Source: Chrysomallon squamiferum (Eukaryota; Animalia; Mollusca). Taken from it: a DNA stretch of 64,000 bases. Of the stretch, positions 1-14,204 are shown one piece after another (positions within the stretch are counted from its first letter, which is position 1; each line of letters opens with the position of its first letter). Both the position numbers and the translations under genes were made by a program. The stretch lies in the NCBI GenBank assembly GCA_012295275.1, contig CM022677.1, positions 18,414,001 to 18,478,000 on the forward strand, written 5' to 3'. Under the pieces are notes generated by a model. It searched no databases. It saw only the letters and a list, made by a program, of their open reading frames with translations, and was not told the origin of the DNA.

Positions 1-179
1 ATCTATCTATCTATATACAAATGTTGTCTTTCATATATATTTATAGCATCAATTTGTTTTGGGTTTTTTGTTTTGTTGAGATTTTCATAAACAAAGAAGG
101 ACGCAAACAAATAAAATGATGTAGACTAATACTGTACTTAATCTGCGTTGTCAATATAACTGTCTCAATAATAATAATC

Positions 180-254
<75 letters not shown>

Positions 255-1924
255 CCACATTGAGAATAATTAATTTTCAGTTACACTTCAACAAATATAT
301 CTCAGAGATATCTTACTACACCTGACTCAGTTTATTCTTGTTTCCATGGTTTTGTTGTTGGAGACAACATACATAGAAGAAAATATATAGGAAGGGTAGA
401 GAAGAAGATGACCTGAATCATGAACTAGTATTGAAAACGAAGAACATCTTAAACATGAAAATACATAAGATTATCTAGTATTGATTTATTTTGTTCATAG
501 TTGTTTTGTTTCTTTTAGTTTTTTGTTTTTGTTGTCATCGTTGTTGTATTTCATATACATAATATTTTGTTCCCTTGTGTGTCCAAGAAAGGCGTACTTT
601 AATGTCCAGTGGAAAAATGTTTGATTCAGAGAGCTGGATCAAAAATAAACAGTGCCGATCTTTTTGTAATCACGTCTTTGTGTTTTTTTTTTTTTTTTTT
701 TTTTCTCTTTTTTAAAATGCCCTTTGTATTTATATCATACATTTTTATTCCAATTACAATTCTTGTTTTTAAAAATTATTATCTATTTTTAAAATTTTAT
801 TTATTAATATTATTATTTTTTCACATTTATTTATTCATTAATTTATGTTCGAACTGAAGATTTAGATATAAAATTTATTAAAAATCACTAATACGTATTT
901 TTTTTTCGTTTTGATTATTTTATTTTTTGATCATTTTATTTTCTGACCAATTATATATATATATATATATTTATATTTATTTATTTTATATATGTTTATT
1001 TATTTATTTTGGCGTGTTTACGTGTGACAGTAAGACTTGACCCATTTTATTTTGGTGCCAGTTCATTGAAACTGCGAACTGTGATTGTTCCTTTGATGTT
1101 TTCTGACGACTCTAATAATAGAGTAATATGGCAGATCATTACTGATTTATGTGAAAAATAAATAAATAAATAAATAAGTAAATAAATAAATAATTTGTAT
1201 TTCTTTGAAAACAATAATAAGTAAGGTTGTTTATTATTATTATTTTTTTAATACTAAATCAGGACTTTGACGTGACAGTCAGTTTATAACGTCACTATTG
1301 TGTTACCTCTGCTTCCAAATACTTATAGTGCTGATATCAGATAGCCCGTTATTCTGAATCACTGTTTTAGAGATAATAACTATATATAAATAAATAAATA
1401 TATATATATAGATGTACGTAACGCACTAGTTACTCACTACATAAAATCATGTGTCTAAGGAATAAACAAACAAGACGATGTTTCAAATTAAAGGGTTTTA
1501 ATATTAGTTAATTCCTGATAGAGAAATGTTAACATTTACAACATGGTAACTCTGGCAAACTGACAAGATTCACAAAACAAATCATGACAAAAAATCTACA
1601 GTTCCAAAAACAAAACAAATCAATCCAATACAAAACATATGACGGTTAGATAAAAAAAAAAATGACTAGCAAGAAATATATTCAACAAAGATATAATCAA
1701 AAACACAATACATGTGTTAATATACGTTACAATTACAGCTGAGAAGTCGATTACATAAACTGCTTGAGTTTCACAAACTCTTCACCTCCTGCAGTTCACT
1801 ACTTTGACACTGCTGTTCTAAAAGACTTTGTACATGAACTTCCTGTACTTGATAAGGTCACATAATTAAAGAGAAAATTCGTTGTCATCGTCTCAGTTAT
1901 CATTATCAGCAAAAGGAACAGCAA

Positions 1925-1986
<62 letters not shown>

Positions 1987-2223
1987 TTATTATTCTTCTT
2001 ATTCTTCTTCTTCTTCTTCTTCTTATTATTATTATTATTATTATGGAAAAATTGACAAGACATGTAGCAGTAGTAGCAGAAGTAATAACATTAAATTCAC
2101 AAAACTGATTCTCATCAAACTTCTGTAAGTGAAAGTTATGTCTGTGATTTGTAAGTTTGTGTTTCGTGTTAATTATTTTTCTTTTACTAAATCACGACAT
2201 CTCTACTTGTTAGTTATAGAAAA

Positions 2224-3534
2224 TTACTGAAAGCAATAAATTCCGAAGTTGTGTTCGTTGTTGCCCTTTTCAAGATGTTTAGAGTTCTGCACGCGCAGTT
2301 CAATACTGTCGCCTGCTTTCAGTTCAAACAACGCGGGTATGTGTGTGTGTGTATGTTTGTGTCTCTGCATCTATGTGTATCTATGTGTGTATGTGTTTAT
2401 TGTATGCGTTTGTGTGTGCATGTGTGTATTATATATGTGGTCAGGTGTTTGTGTATCTGTGCGTATGTGCGTATGTATCTGTGTTAATGTGTGCGTAACT
2501 ATGTGTGTTTATTTGTGTTAACGTGAGCGTATGTTTGTGTAGGTGTATTTGTGTGTGCATGTGTGTGTATGTGTATGTGTGTATGTGTGTATATTATTGT
2601 ATATTAAGAATGATATACTACTCACGTTTGGCTCTCTCTTGCTGGTACTGTGTTTCTACAAACTGCAAATAAATAGAATTGTAGAAAAGAATCAACATAT
2701 TTTGGTTGAGATATGACAACATACATACATACACTCATATATATATATATACATACATGCGTAAATAAATAAATAAATAATAAAAATAAAGGAACTCTCA
2801 GATTAAAACATACTTGGATGTGTGTGTTTGTGAGTGTGTGAGTGTTTGGGTGCGTGTGTGTGTGTGGTTGAACGTGACAATAAAGAAAAGAAGAAACATG
2901 ATCTCGGAATTTAAAACACGTTTATAGATCTTAAGTATCCAGTTTAGTATCTAGTCACTTTTTTGATATAGCAGTGACTAACTATTGTTTTGTGTATCAC
3001 AGAGTGGAACAAAACATTTCATACAATCTTTAACACCATAATAATAATAATAATAATAAAAACCTTTGTTACGATGTCGATCAGGTTTCGCTCACGACCA
3101 GCACAGCAGAGATTTCCATCTTCTCGAACGTCGAAGTCGTAGATGTTGTCAGTTTTGTCATCGTCGGTGAGATAAACATCTTTGCACGGAAAGCAGACGT
3201 CGTCATCCCATTGCACAACAGTTTGACGTTGTGACTGCACCCGTGGTGTAGTGAAAGTTAGAGATATAACGATCACCAGAAAGATGTTGATGAAAAGAAA
3301 AAGGACAATGACCTCTGTCCAGAATTTCTTTTTCTCTTTCTCTGTGTCTTTTTCGTTGTCACGTTTTTCACTCACTTTTTCTCTTGGCGTAAATTTTGTG
3401 TCTAAATTTTCTAAATTTTCTTCTCCGTTTTCTTTGATGAAAGGCTCCTTACTGTCCCAGTTAGTCCTACCTCGAATACTGCTTTTTCTGGGTTTTCTTT
3501 CTTTGTTTTGTTTGAAACCAAGGCTGTAACGATT

Positions 3535-3537
<3 letters not shown>
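2224..3537 (-). pseudogene. TNF ligand copy A: intact exon 1 (3537-3064) and exon 2 (2662-2626); exon 3 and the 5' two thirds of exon 4 are deleted; THD tail remains at 2334-2224
   Basis: Exon 1 is open (158 codons, same TM and stalk, longer divergent N-terminus). Exon 2 reads [12 protein letters not shown] with AG/GT ends. The intron-2 (GT)n tract is fused directly to ALFELKAGDSIELRVQNSKHLEKGNNEHNFGIYCFQ* at about 2335, with no obvious acceptor. Confidence 0.8.
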
Positions 3538-3571
<34 letters not shown>

Positions 3572-3728
3572 CACAGAAAACTTGTTTATGAGAATAAACT
3601 CATTATCATTGTGAAAGTCATTGCAAAGTAATTGAAAGTAACTGCGAAGTTAATTGCGAAGTTATTTTAAAAGTCATTGTCGATGTCATCGAATACACCC
3701 ACTGATTCGGATCAGATTTCGTACTTTC

Positions 3729-4424
<696 letters not shown>

Positions 4425-4477
4425 GTTTGCGTGGTACATGTAAAAACAGAGAAAATGTAATCAGTAAATTAATTATA

Positions 4478-4612
4478 CAGCGGTACTTTCGCTTACAAGT
4501 TTAATTCGTTCCGTGACCGAACTCATAACTCAAATTGCTCGTATATCAAATCTCTTTACCCAACTGAAATTAACTGAAATGTTTAATCCTTTCCAGGCCC
4601 CACCAAAAAAAA
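4478..4612. mobile_element. Left-terminal fragment of the pogo/Tigger element
   Basis: TA|CAGCGGTACTTTCGCTTACAAGTTTAATTCGTTCCGTGACCG... matches 59686 onward. Confidence 0.65.
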
Positions 4613-5001
4613 AATCCCCAGGAATCATTTTTCGCGAAGAGCAACGTCTTTTGATAAACTGGACTGAAACTTGTCTGTTTACAAACAGAGAGGCGTGACA
4701 GACAGATTATTGTGTGCGACAGGAATAACTTTGTAGGAGACTTTAAACTTAGACAACTAACTTGTACATATTTCCAACTAGATGGTAGAATTGCAGTAGA
4801 AAACTGTCAGCTGAAATTTACAGCGGAATTGTTCAGATTTAAAAGCAGTGCAACAACTTGGACAAAGTCTCTGTGACTGGTACCCGAAGGTTTTGATTAA
4901 AAGTTTATTTTGTAAAAAGTACACACAACACTAGACAGAGATTCCACAGGATAGCTGAAGTTATAAATATATTTCTCCCCCGTGTCTTTTGTATATATAT
5001 A

Positions 5002-5071
<70 letters not shown>

Positions 5072-5327
5072 AGACTGGGTAGAAATATATATAGACACAG
5101 ACACATACATGCAATATGTCATGGCCTCCCATTACAAGTTGATAGCTTGTTCACAGATGTATTTATCTGAATTGAAAGATTCTGCCTTGCTAAGTCATGT
5201 ATCGTTTGCTTAATTATGCATAAATATTTTTCAATATTTTCATTAATCTGTGTATAACAGTCCCAATTCATATAAAGTTTTCGTAATAAAAGTCACCCAG
5301 TTATTTGTTTATGATATAAAATACTGT

Positions 5328-5690
5328 GTCGGGGCATTCCCCCCCATCGGGTATTTCCCTCTACGTCATTTCCCCCCCTCCCGGTGACAGTTCTCGGCTC
5401 ATCCTACCTATCAAATATCCGAAATATTATATTATGAGTATCGTTGTCTTTAATCTTCTAATTTACTGCAGTTTGACATGTGACGTCTTTGATATCAAAT
5501 TAACTGATAGCTAAAAGTCGATAGAATAATCTCTCTATCTACTGTATACTTGATTTATTTAACACACTAAGACAGCCAATTTTATTGTACGGTTCGGAAA
5601 TATCGGGTTTTACAAATATACAACTAATATAAACACTGCACATGAAATTTGGTTCCGAGATGGCTACAATGAAAACACCGTAGGCATCAA
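5328..5690 (+). mobile_element. Internally deleted duplicate of the MULE-like remnant
   Basis: Matches 7585-8052, then jumps (aaacaccg|taggcatc) to the equivalent of about 8417, removing the coding-like part. Confidence 0.5.
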
Positions 5691-6836
5691 GTTTGTTCAG
5701 TTCAGGAACAAGTCAAGCTACAGTGTCGTGATATATAATATTCTTAATTTTACATACTCACGGCATAGTGACTAATGCTTTCAGAAATGATGCACTTCAG
5801 TACACAAATAAATATATACTTATTTTTAAATTTTATAGTAAATCGAAGTTTATGTTAAGTAATGTAAAACATTTAAGATTAAAACTGCACGCGATGAAAC
5901 AAATAAAAAGCAGTATGATTACTACTGTAAACTGAATTTACGTTAGGCTTTAGAAATACCCGATGTTTTGAAAAACGTAACTAGATGTGAAACTGGATAT
6001 CTAACTGGAAATCTTACACTCGAGTTTTAAGTGCAGGTGTTAGAGATCATGTTTCTTCTTTTCTTTATTGTGCACGTTGAAGCTAGTTTGAGAAGAAGAA
6101 ATGATCAACAATAATCACAGAGGAGGGTGACAGGGCCGGTACTGAGATATGTAGACAATTAATCGTGATTTAAATTTTTGTTGTGTCTGTGTGTGTGCCT
6201 GTGTATGTGTGTATATGTGTCTGTGTGTGTTAACGTATTAAATTGCACACGTGCAGCAGAAACTGAGAACTGATTGTTCATTTAATATTTCCTCACGAGT
6301 CTGATAGTAAAGTAATATGGCGGATCATTTTCCAACATGGAAATTACCCACCGAGGTAAAAATAGATTACTGACAACTGCTGTGGTTCAAAGGTGAAACG
6401 TTTGGTAGCTGATATTGTCAGTGTATACCAGTTTATTAAAGATATTAACATAAACTAACATAATTTAATACTAAATGAGAACAACTCTCTCCCTCTCTCT
6501 CTCTTACCATATGTCTCTCTCTGTCTCTCTCTCTCCCTCTCTCTCTGTATGTCCCTCTCTGTCTCACTGTCTGTCTCACTCTCTAATATCTAGTCTCTGT
6601 CTCTCTCTGTCTCCGTGTCTCTCTGTTTCTCTCTCTGTGTTTCTGTCCCTCTCTGTCTCTCTCTATCCCTCCCTCCCCCTCTCCCTCTATGTCTCTGTCT
6701 CTCTGTCTATCTCTCTCTGTTTCTCTCTGTCTCTCTCCCCCATTCTGTTTCTGTCTCTATCACTGTTTCTCTGTCTCTCTCTGTCTCTCTCACTCTCTAT
6801 CCCTCTGTCCCTCCATCTATCTCTGTCTCTCTCTCT

Positions 6837-6941
<105 letters not shown>

Positions 6942-6994
6942 GTTTGCATGGTACATGTAAAAACAGAGAAAATGTAATCAGTAAATTAATTATG

Positions 6995-7130
6995 CAGCGG
7001 TACTTTCGCTTACAAGTTTAATTCGTTCCGTGACCGAGTTCATAATTCAGTTTGCTCGTATATCAAATCTCTTTACCCAGCTGAAATTAACTGAAATGTT
7101 TAATCCTTTCCAGCCCCCACCAAAAAAAAA
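6995..7130. mobile_element. Left-terminal fragment of the pogo/Tigger element (duplicate of 4478-4612)
   Basis: Near-identical to 4478-4612 inside a local tandem duplication. Confidence 0.62.
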
Positions 7131-7584
7131 AAAAAAAAACACCCCAGGAATCATTTTGAGCGAAGAGCAACGTCTTTTGATAAACTGGACTGAAACTTGT
7201 TTGTTTACAAACAGAGAGGCGTGACAGACAGATTATTATGTGCGATATGAATAACTTTGTAGGAGACTTTAAACTTAGACAACTAACTTGTACATATTTC
7301 GAACTAGATGGTAGAATTGCAGTAGAAAACTGTCAGCTATATAAATTTATATAGAAACAGACACATACAGGCAATATGTCATGGCCTCCCATTACAAGTT
7401 GATAGCTTGTTCACAGATGTATTTATCTGAATTGAAAGATTCTGTCTTGCTAAGTCATGTGTCAATTGCTTAGTTATGCATAAATGTTTTTCAATATTTT
7501 CATTAATCTGTGTATCCCGGTCCCAATTCATATAACGTTTTCCTGATAAAAGTCACCCAGTTCTTTGTTTATGATATAAAATAC

Positions 7585-8430
7585 GGTGTCAGGGCATTCC
7601 CCCCCCCATCGGGTATTTCCCTCCGGGTATTTCCCACTGGTGATTCCCCTTCTACGTCATCTCCCCACTCATGATGACAATTCTCGGCCCTTCTACCTAT
7701 CAAATATCCGAACTATACTATGAGTATCGTTGTCTTTAATATCTAATTTACTGCAATTTTATATGTGATATCTTTCATTTCAAATTAACTGAATAAAAAA
7801 CACCAACATCAACATTGCTGACTGCTCAGCTTACGGAAAAAAAAATTAAGTAAGACATTTGTTTTCTGTAACACCTGCCTATTCAGTTTCAACGTAAAAT
7901 AATCTCTCCATCGACTGTATACTTGATTTATTTGACAAACTAAGACAGCCAATTTTATTGTATGGTTGGGAAATATGGGGTTTTACAAATATACAACTAA
8001 TATAAACACTGCACATGAAATTTGGTTACGAGATGCTACAATGAAAACACCGCGAGTGCCACGTTTCCAGACACTGAACTGCAGGTCTGCCTCTCTCACG
8101 TCGCTCAGTCGTGTGCAAGCTTCTGAGTTACAAGAGCAGTACACAACAGTTCCAGTCTTTTCTCTGTCAGCGCGCATGTACTAGCTTTAACACGTGTGTC
8201 ACCAGCTTTAACACGTGTGTCACCAGCAGCTTTAATACGTGTGTCACCAGCTTTAACACGTGTGTCAAAAGCTTTAACACGTGTGTCACCAGCTTTAACA
8301 CGTGTGCCACTCGCTGATGTTACTGAGTTCTTTGAGCTTCTGCAAGACGAACTAACTGAGGAACTTCAGCATGTAACAGACTAGTTTGAAGACAAATTCA
8401 TCGGACGGACTGGTCGTAGGCATCAAGTTT
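7585..8430 (+). mobile_element. Degenerate Mutator-like (MULE) transposon remnant
   Basis: Translation across stops and a repeat expansion gives VQASELQEQYTTVPVFSLSARMY..AL..VPLADVTEFFELLQDELTEELQHVTD*FEDKFIGRTGRR. This resembles the post-catalytic region of animal MULE transposases (Q..GLQ..Y....F....R...ALAFVP..DV...F..L......YFE..YIGR). Starts with a GC-rich gggcattcccccc terminus-like motif. Confidence 0.6.
8184..8310 (+). repeat. 21-bp minisatellite (GCTTTAACACGTGTGTCACCA) x6
   Basis: Units start at 8184, 8205, 8229, 8250, 8271 and 8292; directly adjacent apart from one 3-nt insert. Confidence 0.92.
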
Positions 8431-9204
8431 GTTCAGTTCAGGAAGAACTCAAACTACAGTGTCGTGATATGTAATATTCTTACATTTACATACTCACTTG
8501 AGAAACGAAGTGAAATGAAACGGCATAGTGACTCATGCTTTCAGAAATGATACACTTCAGTTCACAAATAAATACATACTTATTTTAAAATTTATAGTAA
8601 ATCGAAGTTTATGTTAAGTAATGTAAAACATTTATGAATAAAACTAAACGCGAGTAAAGAAATAAAAAGCAGTATGATTACTACTGTAAACTGAATTTAC
8701 GTTAGGCTTTAGAAATACACGATGTTTTGAAAAACGTGAATAGATGTGAAACTGGATATCTCACTGGAAATGTTACACTCGAGTTTTAAGTGCAGGTGTT
8801 AGAGATCATGTTTCTTCTTTTCTTTATTGTGCACGTTGAAGTTAGTTTGACAAAGGGAAGTGATCAACAATAATCACAGAGGAGGGTGACAGGGCCGATA
8901 CTGAGATTTGTAGACAATTAATCGTGATTTAATTTTTTGTTTGAGTTTCATAAATATAGAAGGATAATTAGACAGATAGACACCTCGTTAGAAATCTAAT
9001 TGTAACACTGAAAGCATTATAATGGTAAAATGTCGTGATAATAGATCAGTTATTAAAATAACTTTAAACTTTTTTACTTTTTAATGATTGCACGGAATGA
9101 CGTCACATAATGTTAAAGTTTTCAATTGAAACACAAGACTTACAAAACGTAAAATGTCATAATTAATTAATTAATTAATTAACGTAATAGCTATGATACT
9201 ACTA

Positions 9205-9240
<36 letters not shown>

Positions 9241-9634
9241 TTACTGCTTCTACTACTACTACTGCAAAGTAAACTTTACTGCTGACAAAACAAATTACTG
9301 TGTCACATTGTCTCAGTAATAAGTTAAATATACGCGAGCTGACTAAATATAAATAGATTAGAGAAATGATACTGTAAGTATCAAAGAAAGAAAATATAGT
9401 TTATAAAGAAATTTCATATACAAGACAATGATATTCTTACCTACGTCCGTAGTAATAGTGTAACGATGTTGATATTTGTAGTGGTAGTAAAGCTGTAACA
9501 GCAACAGTAACATTAGCAGTCGTAGTAATAGCAGTGTTAGTTGTAGTAGTAGTAGTAGTAGTAGTAGTAGTAAATATAAGTAAATGTCTCTCTCTCTCTC
9601 TCTCTCTCTCATTCTCTCTCGCTCTCTCTCTCTA

Positions 9635-9684
<50 letters not shown>

Positions 9685-9729
9685 TCTCATTCTCTCTCTC
9701 TCTATCTCTCTGTCTGTCTGTCTGTCTCT

Positions 9730-9785
<56 letters not shown>

Positions 9786-9806
9786 CTCTCTCTGTCTGTC
9801 TCTCTC

Positions 9807-9968
<162 letters not shown>

Positions 9969-10671
9969 GGGGTTCATTAAATATGTTTACCCCTGAAGGT
10001 AAAATAGGACACCTCAGTAAGTATTTCAATACGCAAGTATATCAAAGAACATTCTGCTTAGTTGGCGTGACACTCAGTTGATAACAAGACTACTGTGTTA
10101 TCTCTGCTTGCAACTGCTTATAGCGTTGACATCAGATTTCCCGATATTCTCACCCGCTGTTTTAGAGATAATATCTAGAGATTAATTTGTTCAGTCTGAT
10201 CTCAGACTAACAACTATTCTCCAAAATAATGGTTATATTTCAACACACACACACATACATACATACATACATGCATACCTACACACACAAATACATGCAT
10301 ACACACATACATACATACAAATATATATATAAATATATAGACGTACGTAACCCACTAGTTACTCACTCCATAAAAATAGGCGTCTAAGGAATAAAGAAAC
10401 AAGACGATGTTTCAAATTAAAGAGTTTTAATATTAGTAAATTCCTGATATATCAATGTTGACATTGCCATCATAGTAACATCATCGTCACCAAGGAGGAC
10501 AAACTGACCACGTCAACGAAACAAATCATAATAAAAATTCTACAGTAGCAAAGCAAAAACAAATGACGAAACTGATTCTCCTCAAAGTTCTGTCTATGAT
10601 TTGTAAGTTTTGTTTCGTGTTTAATCATTTTCTTTTACTAAATCACATCTCTACTTGTTAGTTATAGAAAA

Positions 10672-11063
10672 TTACTGAAAACAATAAATTCCGATGTTGT
10701 GTTTGTAAATGTCCTTTTCAAGATGTTTAGAGATCTGCACGCGCAGTTCAATACTGTCGTCTGCTTTCAGTTCAAACAGCGCGCCTTGGTAAGTGGGAGT
10801 AAACCCTGCTGTCGCTGATGACGTCACCACACACCGAGACGACTGGAAAAGTTCGAGTAATTTCTCTTCGTGTTTCCCGCCATTTCTAAGCCAGATGGAA
10901 TGAACAGAAGTGGCGTCGTCTTGTGTTTGGTTGTTCACGAAAACAAGATGAGCGTAAATAAAACACGTGCCAGGCGTTTTATCTTGAATGCGGCCATCTT
11001 TGTACATCATCTTCTTCCCAATGAACGAAGAGTCTTGTTTCCAATGGAGTATAGTTTGTCCTT
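10672..11063 (-). CDS. Orphan but intact terminal exon (exon 4) encoding a TNF homology domain
   Basis: tatgcag acceptor at 11065-11064, phase 1, 392 nt open to TAA: GQTILHWKQDSSFIGKKMMYKDG...YQGALFELKADDSIELRV...HNIGIYCFQ*. No exon 1-3 copy lies between it and copy B. Confidence 0.8.
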
Positions 11064-11067
11064 CTGC

Positions 11068-11141
<74 letters not shown>

Positions 11142-11803
11142 GATGAATTTAAATATATATAATGACAACACTATGTCACATATGAAACAAATAAATAAAC
11201 TGTTTATGTGTGTTATTTGAGCTTTCTTAATAAACGTATAATCCAGTTTGGTTTAAAGAAACGTAAGAATTATCAATACGATTTCAATTTCTGTCGAGTT
11301 TTCGGCAAGGGAAGTAACTCTGTTATGAAACGTTAAGCAAAAGAAAAAGACTGGTTATCCCACCTGATCTTTTTCCAAACCGGTTTAATATATAACTGAA
11401 GCAATATTCAAGGAGAATTATATAATTATAATAACGATTTGAAAAAATACGATAAATTCAACTAAATAATAATACATTTATTATAATGGTTTTAAGATAA
11501 GAGTTTGTTATCAAACGTTAAGAAAAGCAAAAACACTGGTTATTATTATTTTTATTATTATTATTACTATTATAGAAAAAATATACAAGAAATGAAATAA
11601 TTATAAAAAATAATAGTAGTAGTAGTATTGGTTGTACTATTAGTACTAGTAACAGTAGTTATAATAACGTTAAATCCACAAAACTGATTCTGATCAAAGT
11701 TTGGTAATTGAAAGTTATGTCTATGCTTTGTACGTTTGTGATTCGTGTTTAATCATTTTCTTCTTGCGAAATCACGACATCTCCACTTGTTAGTTATAGA
11801 AAA

Positions 11804-11923
11804 TTACTGAAAGCAATGCATCTGTTTGTTGTTGTTCGTTTGAAGATTTTTAATGTTCTGCACGCTCAGTTCAATACTGTCGTCTGCTTTCAGTTCAAAC
11901 AACGCGCCTTTGTAAGTGGGAGT
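11804..11923 (-). pseudogene. TNF exon-4 3' fragment
   Basis: Translates TPTYKGALFELKADDSIELSVQNIKNLQTNNNKQMHCFQ* (9-nt deletion near the end), followed by sequence matching the flank downstream of the copy B stop. Confidence 0.75.
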
Positions 11924-12868
11924 AATAACATTGATAATAATTAATTTTAAGATACACTTTAACAAATATATCTCAGAGATTTCTTTCTACACCAGACTCA
12001 GTTTATTCTTGTTTCCATGGTTTGGTTGTTGGAGACAACATACAAACATGCAAATGTATAGGAACGGTAGATATGAAAATGACCTTAACCTTGACCTTGT
12101 ATTGAAAACGAAGAACGTCGTAAACATGAAAATACCTAAGAGTTTCTAGTATTGATTTATTTTGTTTATAGTTTTTTTGTTTCTTTTAGTTGTTTTTTGT
12201 TGTTGTTGTTGTTTCTTTTGTTGTCGTCGTTGTTGTATTTCATATACATAATATTTTGCTGCCTTGTGTGTCCAAGAAAGGCGTACTTTAATATCCAGTG
12301 GAAAAATGTTTGATTCAGAGAGCTGCATCCAGACTAAATAGTGCAGATCTTTTTGTAACAACGTTTAATACGTCTTTGTTTTTCTTTCTTTTTTTAATAA
12401 TTATGTTTTTATTTTACTTTCTAAATGTCCGTTTGTGTTTATTTCATAAATCTGTATCCCATCTATAATTCTTGTTTTTAAACATTATTATTTATTTTGT
12501 TTAATTTTATTAATTAATATTATTATTATTATTTTTTTGACGATTTATATATGTATAGATGAATAGATAGATAGATGGAGAGATAGATCATTTGCTTTTA
12601 TATTTTCTTAATTTTATTTATCTATTGGCTTTTTCTTTTCTTTTTTTTTTTTGTTTGCTTATTTATTTATGTTGGCGTATTAATAATCCTATTTGCTTGT
12701 TTACGTGTGGCAGTCAGACTTGACCTATTTTTTTGTTCCAGTTCACTGAAACTGCGAACTGTGATTGTTCCTTTGATGTTTTCTGACGACTCTAATAATA
12801 GAGTAAAATGCCTGATCTTTGTTGATTTAGTAGGACCTCGGGACACATCAACATGGGAATTGTATGAA

Positions 12869-12899
<31 letters not shown>

Positions 12900-13883
12900 C
12901 TGCATTTCTTCGAAAACAATAATAAGTAAGACCTGTTATTATTATTATTTTTTCGCTTCAGAAATCATTTGGGGTTTACCCACCCAGCTAAAAATAGATT
13001 ACTGAGATTTGCTGTGGTTCAAATGGTATGTTGCTAAAACTGGCAGACTCCAGACTAGGTAAGCGGTGAGGTGTTCTAATCCGTCACGTGTACGTCACGT
13101 GTACCCCGGACAAGCTTCCTACTTGTCAGCTTGCGGTGGAGTGCTTTCTGGAACATTTTGTGTGTAAGTATTTGAATATGCAAATCACGTTCTGCTTAGC
13201 AGGACGTTGACGTCACAATCAGTTTATAACATTATTGCTGTGTGATGTCTGCTTGCAATTACACACAGTGTTGACACCAGATACCCCGCTATATTCACAC
13301 ACTGTTTTAATATCCACAGTTTCCTTTGTTCAGTCTAATCTCAGATTAACTTCTATTCTCCAAAATAATGGTTATCTACTTCAATACATACTATACATAC
13401 ATTCCTACATAGATATATACACACATACATACATACAAATATATATATATATTGACCTACGTAACCCACTAGTTACTCACTACATAAAATCACGTGTCTA
13501 AGGAGTAAACAAACAAGCCGATGTTTCAAATTGAAGAACTTTAATATTAGTTAATTCCTGAAACAAATCAAACCAATACAAAACAACAAACGATTAGATA
13601 AAAAAAAAAAAAAAAAAAAAAAAACTGGAAAGAAATATATTCAGCAAAGATATAATCAAAAACACAATACATCTATTACAGTTCATGACAATTACAGCTG
13701 AGAAGTCGATTACATAAACTGCTTGTTTTTCACAAACTCTTGACCTCCTGCTGTTCACTACTTTGATACTGCTGTTCTAAATCACTTTGTACATGAATTT
13801 CCTGTACTTGATAAGGTCACATAATTAAAGAGAAAATTCGTTGTCATCGTCACAATGATCATTATGAGCAAAAGGAACAGCAA

Positions 13884-13929
<46 letters not shown>

Positions 13930-14127
13930 GAAAAATATCCAAGAGATAAAATAAGATAAAAAATATACAAAAGATACAGTAGTAGCAGTAATAACATTAA
14001 ATCCAGAAAACTGATTCTCATCAAAGTTCTGTAAGTGAAAGTTATGTCTGCTTTGTAAGTTTGTGTTTCGTGTTTAATCATTTTCTTTTACTAAATCACA
14101 ACATCTCTACCTGTTAGTTATAGAAAA

Positions 14128-14204
14128 TTACTGAAAGCAATAAATTCCGAAGTTGTGTTTGTTGTTGTCCTTTTCAAAATTTTTAATGTCCTGCTAAGTG
14201 GGTG
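14128..14204 (-). pseudogene. TNF exon-4 3' fragment with an internal deletion
   Basis: Retains ...KNFEKDNNKHNFGIYCFQ* and the taagtggg junction; the YQGALFELK...RV segment is deleted. Confidence 0.7.

Noticed and set aside
3251-3529. Plus-strand ORFs antisense to TNF exon 1 and exon 4 (also 10870, 22900, 24993, 44465, 54306)
   Set aside because: Shadow ORFs of the real minus-strand exons.
8184-8310. Palindrome-containing short direct repeats resembling a CRISPR array
   Set aside because: Units are contiguous with no unique spacers, there are no cas genes, and the DNA is eukaryotic.
11924-12361. Idea that the block upstream of the THD-tail fragments is the 5' part of a divergent TNF exon (FFHW.LKYAFLGH resembles LHWKQDSAFIG)
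   Set aside because: The motif is not in the frame of the PTY tail in the copy I translated, in-frame stops intervene, and no other THD motifs are convincing.
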